Shown here one piece after another: positions 39,201-50,400 of a stretch of 64,000 nt of DNA. A program made the translations under genes and the position numbers. Positions within the stretch are counted from its first letter, which is position 1, and the number at the start of each line of letters is the position of its first letter. The notes under the pieces are model-generated. The model had not been told where the DNA came from. It saw nothing but the letters and a program-made list of their open reading frames with translations, and made no database searches. Location: positions 12,214,001 to 12,278,000 of the forward strand of contig OZ059897.1 of NCBI GenBank assembly GCA_964057225.1. Direction: 5' to 3'. Source of the stretch: Auanema rhodensis (taxonomy: Eukaryota; Animalia; Nematoda).

Positions 39201-42200
39201 TTACATCTGGATGAATTTGGTCTAGTTTTTATTTTTCATAAACAACACTTTGACAAATCACGTTCAATGTCTTGTTTTTGTAAGCGAGAACAGCTATCAT
39301 TCTAGGGCTCTTGTATTTTAAAATCCATACTGTTTCAAATGGATATATATAGAATATGAATATACATATAATCTAAAAGATACATAATTCAACTTTTCTT
39401 TTCTTTTTTTTTTTCAAAAAATTGGTTAGTATACGATCAGTATCGTTGTTAAGTGAAAAACGAAAAATTCATTAATCTTTCTCGGTTTAGATTTTTAAAA
39501 AAATAAAAACAGAATGAAATAATACTATGACCTTTCAGTCAAAATCCAAAGTTATACAACTATTGTCTAGAGTATTCTCTAGCCTGTTACTAACAGTAGA
39601 CCGGAAATGAATCAGATTATTCCTTCCGATTAGGGAATCGTATGAAAAAATTGAATCACAACAAACAATACCGACCGGAAACGAAAAAAATACCAGAAGT
39701 GATGAGAGGAAAAATGGATAATTTGTCTAAGAAATAAGCAGTTTGATTAGAATGGTTCAAGATTCCGCTGACAAAAATTCATTTCGATGATCAGCAGGTT
39801 GCTGATCCGACGGAATTGTTTAACTTTCAGCTTACTTTTGAAAAAAATAAGAAGCTTTAACTCACATCGCTTTAGACACTATACTCCAGCCTCAGAAAAT
39901 TTATATTATATGAAGAGAAGAATGTTCAAAGGTTAACTCATCTTGAGAACTGGTAAAAATATGAGAAAATCATACTTATACCAGTACATTAGTTATTAGA
40001 ATATCATAAGTGTCAGTGATGGACATGGTAAAATACAATTTGAAGTGGTTACACACTACTGAATATGATGTTCGAAGTTGAAGAATTCAATAGCTATTAG
40101 TGAACATAAATATGAATTTGTCTCTTATTTTCGAATGGTAAAATTTACATTTAGTAAATACCTCATCATTAAAAAGCTGACAATATAAATAGATATATCT
40201 ATAAATAAATAAATATTTATATCTAAATATTATATGAAATATATCATTATCATATAACATATCAATTATCTATTGTTACTCAAGTAGTAAATATTAAAAG
40301 CCGCAAATAGAAGCATTAATCGCCTTTCTACCTTTATATATATCTATCTCTCCCTCTCTCTTTACTATATAAATGAGGGAAAATTTAAGATATGTTACCA
40401 TCTTTCTTATATAAAATATAAAATATATATATATATACTATTATCATATTATATAACTGGTGAATAGTATGAACTCAGTAAAGTGAATATTTTTCTATAA
40501 TATTATCAAATTTCAATTCTAAAAACGAAAAGAAAGGGGGATCTAAGGTTGAAAAACGACATAAGTAGTTAAAAGAATATAAAAATGAAAAAGACGAGTA
40601 AAATGTGAGAAAGAGAGATCGACAACTGCATATGTCTCCGACTATAGGTCATAAGAACTCGTTTTCATAGAGTAGCAGCACAGCACGAAAACAGGGCTGA
40701 GAAAACTTGGTTGATTGAGCAATCTAATGGATGACGACAGGAAATAGAATCATTTAAAAATTATTGAACTAGATCAGATTTTTATGGAGAATCGAAACAT
40801 CAAAAAACATCACTTTTTGATTACATTTTGTTGTTCAAAATGATATCATATAACTATATATTGATTCTCATGCTGTTTAATTAGAGACGTATCTATACAT
40901 ATAATTATTCAAATGGTCAACTACTAAAACAAAAAAAAACAAAGATAATGACGTTGTCGCCTCGTTTCACAACATGTTATGGGAGAAAGTAGGATTATAC
41001 TATATACCACCATGCTTGATTTTTTTTTTAAACTTCAGCTGAAGAGGATGAGTTGTGATGTGAATGGCAACCTGTCTGTCACTTATCTTCTTTCCTTACT
41101 TCCGGTCAAAATTCTTTGCAAACTGCCGCTATTTCATTCAAATACTTCCGGCGACATATGGCCCCAACAGGGTCAGCTGGGCCTGGCAATAGGGAAGAGA
41201 AAGAAAGAGATAAAGAAAGAGAAAGAGGTGGATGAGGCTTGTATGAAAAATGAGCAGGTAGATATAGCTTAGTCGAATTACTGAATGAAACAATGAGTGT
41301 AGATGGCTGAATGCTTTTTTCAGTAAAGTAAAGATGGTATTCACATCATTGCAATAATATAATTATCTACTCTGGTTCATGTGATATTCAAAGTGCAAAA
41401 TTAAAATATTTAGAATGAATAGGATGAAACAAAATAAAATTCAGCGAGGACGTAAGAAAATCAAGTTCATACGACGTAATGATAATAATGGTCCTCATGG
41501 GCAAAGAATAGAAAAATCAAAATGTTTGATAATACATTTGATGTAAATACTATATACATGTATATAGTTCAGTATATCTAGTATATACATCTGATAGCAA
41601 TTTCAGAAATAAAAAAAATAAAAAATAGAATTTTGAAAAGGTGAAGGTGAAGGTGAAAACGAGAAGTTTTGGTGAAATAACAGAAAAATGTTGTGAAAGT
41701 GAGGAAGAACGCCGGAAGAAGGCGGAGACAATCTAGTTGAAGAACAACTACTTGCCTCAGCAGAGAAGAAGATGAGAAGAAATATTTCAAGCTTAAAACT
41801 AGCAGCAGAATATCACTTAGCAATGCATTAAAGCGAAAAGATATTATCAATGAAATTTTAGCTACAATTCTCATTAGAATATTCATGATTATCAGTCAAA
41901 TGATTATTAAATAAATAACATTGAAGTTATAAAAACTAACCTGTACTTATCACGTCTGAATATGGTGTGTCTGTATAAAGATTCGGCGCTGTGTATAGGC
42001 GTAATTTGAATTTGTATGATGTGCCAGACTTTAATGGTCCGTTACATACGGTATCATCAGGTAAATCTTCACAGGCGGAATCAACGCCCACAGCCTAAAG
42101 AGCAATAGAAATGTTTTTATGCGAAACATTGAGAAGTGTAGAATCAGTACCTCAGATAATGGCCTACTGCCTGGAACATTACCACGATTAGTATTCGGAA

Positions 42201-45200
42201 TGTCTGTTATTGATGCGACATAGCCTGGCCAGATGTCAAATCGTTGAACTTGTAGCCAAGTCTGAAAGAGGAAGAACTGTTCAATCTGAGCACTACTTTT
42301 GAAAATTTAAGAAAAATAGTTAGACAATAAAAAAATATGCTTTTGAATAGCATTGCAGAATATACAAATATTCGTACTATGGGATTAAAGTATTTCCATG
42401 TATGAGGAACTAATTCAAAAATAATATTTTGTTAAAATTAAGATAAATAATAATAAATAACATTACTATATGTTATATATCTACATATATTATTAAATAT
42501 TATAATCATTTCTGCATACTATCATTGAATATTCTCGGAACCTGATTACTGTACACTCTTTAAATTTATGAAATAGTAGTTGCGTGATCGGTCATGAACT
42601 TGAACATTATTGTAAAGAATAATAAAGAATCATACAGTTATGATAAGAGAATATTTTGATATTTCTGTTGTTTTAGATTCCTTATTTGAGAAAAAAAACA
42701 AAACAAAAAATTAAAAATTAAAAACTTACATATGTCTCATTTTCTTCTTTCATTATTGTGTCAGTAACTCGTCCATCTTCTGTCACTTCACTTACGATCA
42801 AATCACTTCTGCAAAAATCAAAGCTCATATTTTTTTCAAAATTTTTAATATCAATTGTCAAAATAAACTTTTTTTTTACATTAAAAATCGCTACATTTTC
42901 TTCCTATAAAGTGCATTCTTTGTTTCAAAATAAAACTGTCAAGCAATAACTTTAGTTGATATTTGAAACGAATGGTTAGCATATTGAGCAACAAAATATG
43001 AATAACTAACCGATATTGTCAATATTTTATTTCATATTTCAAGAAAAAAAAAAGAATTACCTGATGATACGTCCGTGTTTCCCATCAAAAATATTTGAAT
43101 TATATTTAATAGACAGTGCATGTGAACCGATTGATTCAGCGACAACTGATGGGCCAATACTTGGTTTTGGAGGAGCTAAGAAATATTCAATATTATATTA
43201 TTTTATATTTCATAAAATTAACCTAATATAGGCATTTTCAATGTGATTGATCCTGTTGCTGGCTCATCTCCAGCTCCAGCTTCTGTGGCAGCACGAACAG
43301 AGAAATTGTACCTACAACGATTTCAATAAATGTTATCTAATTTAAATTTTGAAGAAATTAATAATATTTTCTAAAACATACCGTTCTCCACCTTTCAAAC
43401 CATCAACAATTGTTTCAATGTGATGATCTGTACGATCTGAACTTAATCCTATAGTAACAGACCATTTCTTTTCCGAAGATTGCTAAAACAATTGAATATA
43501 CATATAAGTTAAACATAAAATAAACATACTAAAGGAACAATTTCAGCAATATAATGTGTAAGAATTCCATTGGGTAATGCAGGAGGTAACCACGACAGTT
43601 GAATAGAATATGGGTTCAAAGCACGCCCTGTAAAGATTAAAAATTACAGCTTGAATAACAAGATATCACAAACCTGCTAGCGATTGCACTGGTCCAGGCT
43701 TGTCAGGTCTAGTTGAAAACATAATATGCCTCATGCTCCGGGTACCAACAGAACATTCATCTGTCTTTGATATTTCGCCACATATAATTTGATTATTGAT
43801 TGTATATTTGTGGAATGGACGTAGCCCATTTAGTTCAATGGCAGGTAATGTTGATTGAATTGGAATACGTTTTTCAAATACAACTTGAGAAAACATATCA
43901 TAAACAACAATAATCAATTGACAATCTGGGTTGATTTCAGCCTGAAGCAATGCTTATTATTAGTATTAATTGGATTTTAATGTACTTCAGTTGCTAAGGT
44001 CAAGTTCAAAACGGCGGATGTTCGTGTAACATCATGAAGTGAAGCGTTCACAGCTGGTGAGCTTATGCGCATAGTTTCATTATATCTAGATTCAGAAACT
44101 ATTCCTGATTTTGTTACAGTATACATTTGTAGCTGAAATAATAATATATAATATTATAAAATAATATTTAAATAAAGTACCTGATAACATGAACCTTTAG
44201 TTAAATTTGCGATATTGATTACACTTGGTTTAAGAGGTGTTGTTTCATATAACTTATTGCGTTCCTTAGAAGTTGCACTTGTTCGAATAGGTGTCATACG
44301 AATTTGAAGTCCAGAATCATGTCCGACAACCTGAAATAATAATAATATTATTAAGATTCGTAATTTATTTTATTTTATTGAGCTATATAAACATATTTGA
44401 TGATCAAAAATTACTAACTTTTCCCCAAATATCTCTTAATCTGGTCATGAATACATCACTTTGTGGCCAAGACATTTCAAGACCATTGTCGGATTCCTGA
44501 AAGATGGAGGTAAAAATTTTAAAAAATTCGATTGTACCTGTATACTTATACCAAAACCTTTGAGATCAAAAGCTGGTGTCAAAACTATACTTCTGTGGAG
44601 CTTATTACTTGTTACTCCTAAGGATGATGTTGCTAAGGAGAACTCATATCGCTGTCCAGGTGATAGAAGTAGAAACAGTAAACAGCTGAAATGAATTATT
44701 TAGCAATTGAAAAACTATTTCAAAACGTACAAAGATCTATTGTGTTTTTCTTCGACTTCTGATTCAACTTCAAGTCTGTCTAAGGTTTCACTGGTAGCAG
44801 TTACATGGCATTTCTCATAACGAGAGTCAGATGGAAGTTCGGCAGTCAAACGATAACGTCCTTTAGTAATATCTGGTCGACACTAAAATTATAAAAATTG
44901 TAAAGATTTAAATGTAATATCATATATGATAACCTTGAATTCTACAGGAGATAATGGCCGTAGAATATGCTCAATCACGGTTTCCTCAGCATTCATGAGA
45001 GTTTTCCTTGGCCTTACAGAGAACAGATATTTTGTTCCAGGAATTATACCTTGACAGATTGTAGCAAAATTAGTTGGAGCAGGAACTTGAATCTAAACAT
45101 ATTAATCAATATATAAATATATATTTATATTAAAATATATACCGTAACAGTAGAATTTTCTGTTGCTGTTCGGGAATATTGTACTAAGTATGAATCTACG

Positions 45201-47313
45201 CCTCCTTCTCCCGGTAGCCATGTTAAATCAACACAAGTACCATTTTCTTTGATTTTTAAGTTTGAAACAGCAGAAGGTCCTATATTTATTAATAAAACAA
45301 AGCATTAGAAACAAATTACTGTTAAGACTTACGAGTTGTTAATGTGGCACTCCATGGTTGACTTTTAATACCATCTTTAACGGCTGTCATTTTAACAGCA
45401 TAATCACGCCCAGGACTCAAATTACCTAAACAATTAGAAAATGAACTAACTCCAAAATGAAATTTTATAATATACCAAGATAAACTTCCAATTGTTTTTG
45501 TTCTGGAATATCTAAAACATCAAGTAGAGGATATTTCTTTTCTGGATCTACTTGGCGATATTCAATGAAAAATGAATCCTTTAAATATCAATTATTAATT
45601 ATAAAATAATGAAATTTCTAAAATACTTGTAAAGATCGAATATCCTTATCGGTAAGAAGAGTAATATTATTTTTTCCGGCTGAAACTCCATCTGTTGGGA
45701 AATCGGGAGCTTTCGGTGATGTAACAACATGCTCTTCTTTGATAAGTTCTTGTAGACCATCTTTGACTCCGAAAATTGATATACTGAAAGAACATATTAC
45801 AATAATATTTCTTTAAATAACATTTATTTTACCTATATTTATGGCCAGGGTGTAAATTTTGTATAACAATGTCATTACTATTTGAGCTACTTGATGATAT
45901 TGTTCGATTTTCATCCTTAATATTATCTTCACTGTAAAAAGAAATATATTTGAAAATAGTAATATATAATAATTTCTTACATATCTAACGTAATATCAGC
46001 TAATTTAATTATAAATGATGAATATAATGGATGCTGTAATGGTATTGTAACATGCAATTGTGTTGAAGGTTTTAAGCTATCCGGAGTAATGACATACAAT
46101 GTCTATAAATATATTTCATTAAGTATTTGAAAAAAAAATACAAGGAAGCATAAGTGATATCGACCGATTCATATGCAAAAATAACGGAAAATAGCAGTTC
46201 ATTAGCATAACTTGAAATGGCTTTACTTGAAATAGTATTGCACAAAATATCTTTAAGATATGCTAATCGATAACAAAATTTTAATTTATATATTATTAAT
46301 ATTATATATTTCAATATTATAATTAATAATTAATAAGTATTATAACTATAAAGTCTACACTATATTGCAACTAAATACTAAAATAATGAAGAAAAGAATT
46401 TTTGTATTTATGAGCAATAAGATCATAATACACAAAATAAACAAACTATACTTCATAGAATCATCTACATAACATTCTATGTTTACTAATATGATAGAAT
46501 CTCATGATAAATATCTAGACTTACATTTAATGTACTGCTACCCGTGTGACCTGTTAGTGAATCTGAAAAATATTCAAATTATACATTGATTTAGGTAATA
46601 ATTCTTCAATTTTTCTCGATCAAGGTAAAACCATTGACTATATTGAGCTTATTAATTGTAATTTCCGTATTTTCATTGTATTTGTTATCGTTTTTTTCGA
46701 ATAAGGCGCTAACAACATTATTTTAAAACAGGAAATTTAAGACAATTTTCGGTAGAACATTTGTTTGTTTTCTTAAGAGGATTGACTCTTCCAACAATCA
46801 TTATCCTTTCAAAGAGAAGCTTCAGCATCGCTTCGAAATAGAAAAAAACCAACAAAAAGTGAAAAAATAGGTCTAAGATCATGTATATATCATTACGCAA
46901 ATCATAAAACTAAACAAAAGCTTTCTATGCTGGTTAACACTACGTTCTTTTCATGTAATCCTGTACAGCTTGAGGTAAGAAGTGAGAATAGCCAAATATT
47001 CACTAACGTTTGTGAATGAGATGAAAACTACGTTTAAACCAATAAAACAATTCCATATTGAAAAAAAAAGCCGAAATGAAGATTTTCCGTATTTCTTTTC
47101 AAATAGCTGACAATAAAATAAGCTTCGATGTAACATTATATTTTCCGATATGCGGAGGAAGAACCTATTGGTAGGCAACAATTAGGGACAAAACGATAAA
47201 TTCATACATATTTACTACGTTTTTAGAATTAAAAAGAAGAATAATTTACCTGCTGTTAAGACGGGCTTCCAACTATCCAAAAGGAAAAAAACGAATAAAA
47301 TCCTTGTTATCAT
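24681..47313 (-). CDS. dep-1: R3-subtype receptor protein tyrosine phosphatase (DEP-1/PTP10D-like): signal peptide, FNIII repeats, TM, single PTP domain
   Basis: Exon 1 (47250-47313) [21 protein letters not shown] is a signal peptide. FNIII-rich exons (41941-46562) end in [32 protein letters not shown] exon 35985-36102 reads [29 protein letters not shown]. Juxtamembrane [29 protein letters not shown] motifs are intact: [65 protein letters not shown]-terminus [17 protein letters not shown] resembles PTP10D/DEP-1. Confidence 0.93.
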
Positions 47314-47434
47314 CTGTTCATATTTTGGAAAAAACCGACAGTAAATAATAGAAATATAGTTATTTAAAAATAAACAGAATATAAATATAGCAATATATGA
47401 ATAAGGTGCGATTTAGAATTGCTCTTAGATTTAT

Positions 47435-47441
47435 CTGAAAA
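47435..47441 (-). promoter_or_regulatory. Candidate trans-splice or 5' UTR acceptor (TTTTCAG) of dep-1
   Basis: Nearest consensus acceptor upstream of the ATG; it gives a 121-nt leader. Confidence 0.45.
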
Positions 47442-50400
47442 TGATAAAAATTAAAAAATGATCTAATATAAGTAGAAGATATAAAATAAAGACATTTAGT
47501 ATTTATGAGAAAATAACAACAAAAAACAATACATTAAAGCAATTTAGAATAGTTGTTTTCATTTGCAGTAATAGAGAAATTAAAGCGAGGAAAGTTAAAG
47601 GAAAACTGATCAAAGTGGTTTGAAAAAAAGAACAATGTCAAGTTGACAAACGAACGAAAGCTCTTTCGTTGATAGTTTGAATTGCTTGTAATTGAAGTTC
47701 GAATGGTGACAAAATAGAGGATAATAAGAAGAGAAGTGTCAGAAAAACACAGGGTAATAAACTATAAAATTACCTTTATAAACAAATTAAGATAATTGTT
47801 GCTTGGATAAGAAAATCACCATATGTTAGAGATATGGTAACAAATTTGGCCTTTGGATTGAGTGAAAAAACTTATAGAGAGATGTTAGATAATCAGATAG
47901 GACAAGCTTGTGAAGGGTCAATGGGGAAAAGTAAGATGATTTCTCTCAAGCACGAACAGCCAAAGAACTTTAGGGGAGGCTGGTCTTTTCCTCTTTTTCT
48001 CTCTCTGTACTTTCCTTAATATTTCGTCGTCCCATATCTAAGTTCTCGAAGTCACATTTGTCCATCTATGGTCGTGTGGTGACTGAGTAAACACAGGCAT
48101 CACCGTGTGAAGAACTGACCAACGGAGTATGCAGTTCCACCGGAACGGAACTCATCGCGCCGTCCGGTGTTAAATATGAGGTTAAGGTCAAAACTGTTCA
48201 AAAACCCTTCAAATTAGTTAAATTAACACAAATGTACGTATAGAATTAAGAAGTTGAGTACTAAAATCAAAATAAATACAAATTTCAGGATAGGATGGCA
48301 GTAATACAGCGCAAAATTTCATCTATTTGGAAAAAAGCTTTTCGATGTGATTTCGAGAAAAAAGTTGCCCGAATGAGTTCTAAATGACCTAAAAAATGGT
48401 GTTGGAAAGCACATTAAGCTCTGACGATGTGAGAATTTGGGGGTCATGGAGGATATTCAGATAAACTAGAAATTCCCAATAGGGTTCCATATAGAAGTGA
48501 AAGAGTTACAGACGATGCATGAATCATGAAAAATGATGAAGGATACATCATTTGAAGATCTTCTGGGGTGGTCAAGAATCGACATAACCAAATTGGTAAG
48601 CTACATCTCAAACAAGAAGAAAAAACGAAAAGGAAATAAATTGAAAAAAAGCAGTGAAGCAGAATAAGACAATATACAATTTTAAATGAAAAAAAAATCG
48701 TGAATACGAGGATATGAATCATGATTTAGGCGTTAGATGAGAACATAAGCGATATTGAAGTCGTTAAGACATGTTAGATATGACTTCTGAAGACATTAAA
48801 ACCAAATGAAATAGAAGATAATTACAATAATGAATGTTAGATAGATATATTTTCATTTATAAAGAGATAATATATTCAAAAAAATAATGAGAATATGATA
48901 ATAGAAATGCCTTCAAAGAATGAATGAATAAAATTTTATCCAACTAGATGCATTTAAGGACATCCTGGCAGAAGTGTTAGCTGCTAAAATCGGACGATGG
49001 TGTTTGTCCTCACATCAGCTGGACATTGACCAACATAGATTCATTCAAATTCTGATAACAATCTATTTTTCCAAAAAGAGGTAATGAGAAATTCAATCGA
49101 TAACATCAATGAATACAACACAATGTGTCAGATAAAAGTTGTCGGTTAAGGCTTTTTATAAAGGTATGAGTTGTTGGCTATCTGATGATCATCAGGAAGG
49201 CGAATAACGTGAAATGAGGCGTGAAGAGATGGGTAAAAGGCAATATAAATAATATAAAATATTATATATTTATAGAAAAATAATAAAAAAATATAATAGA
49301 TAATAGTAGTTAAGAGATATAAAATAATATTAGACACAAACAATAAGTAAGAAAATGCGCAGACACTGTTTGAGTATTGATCAAAAAAATCTCAAAGAAA
49401 TTACAAAAGAACGAGAACTCTCAATCAATATAAACTTACTATCAAAGTTTCAAGATTAAACTAATAGAAGAAAATTAAAAAAATATATTTCAAGTTTCGA
49501 ATGATGGACAGTATAGAAGAACTACATATCAATTTGTATCGAACTTTTGCAGGTTTAATAAAAGAAAAAGAAGAAGAAGTAACCGAAAGAAATGATGAAA
49601 AGGGTAGCAAAATATGAAAAAAAGTGGATCGTCATATTCAGGAAATATATAAAAAGGAAAGAGAATGAAGGAATATCAGAGTGATAACTGGAATATTTTC
49701 TATGAATCATCAGAATAGATTGCAAGAAAAGCTTTTCTATTCCAGTATCTAAAATCTGGTATATATTACAAACATGTTATATCAAAAAAATATATAATAC
49801 ATGAAACAAATTTTATGAGTACAAGAAAAATAATAAAGCAATGCTAAGCTGCAATGATAAAGCTATATGATTACAAGAAAAAACATGAGGAGGTGAGATG
49901 TGACCTTGGTAGAGCACCTACTTGAGTAAAAGTTTACTATTCCGGGCAAACCAGCTGTTTTGGTCAAGGGTTATTGGTTGTCCAAATAGAGATTTTAGCT
50001 AATGGCATAAGTATATAAGAAATGGAAGAACACAAAAGTTGTTTTAACAATCTTTTCTCTCATCCCTACTCTCTTTCTCCTGCTCCTCCCCCGTCCCACT
50101 CTTTGCTTCTCAATTACAAAAATTGTTTTCAAATTAATTATAATCTGTATTCAAGAAAACAGCACCCAAAACACAGAACAAATTTGTTAATAAAAGTTTA
50201 CTAAAAGAATGATGAAATTGACTTATGTGTATGTATGTATATAGAAGATTTTAACATCTGACATGTTATTTGATTATAAAATATATTATTTGGATGTTAA
50301 TTGATCATCAAACAAGGTAAGAAAAATATTGAAAATTAAAGAATAAATACTATTATAAATGTAAAATATAATAATAAAAGGAAAAAGAGAATAGTAAATG

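Noticed and set aside
49182-49195. 14-bp palindrome CTGATGATCATCAG
   Set aside because: Isolated, with no context; plausible by chance in 64 kb.
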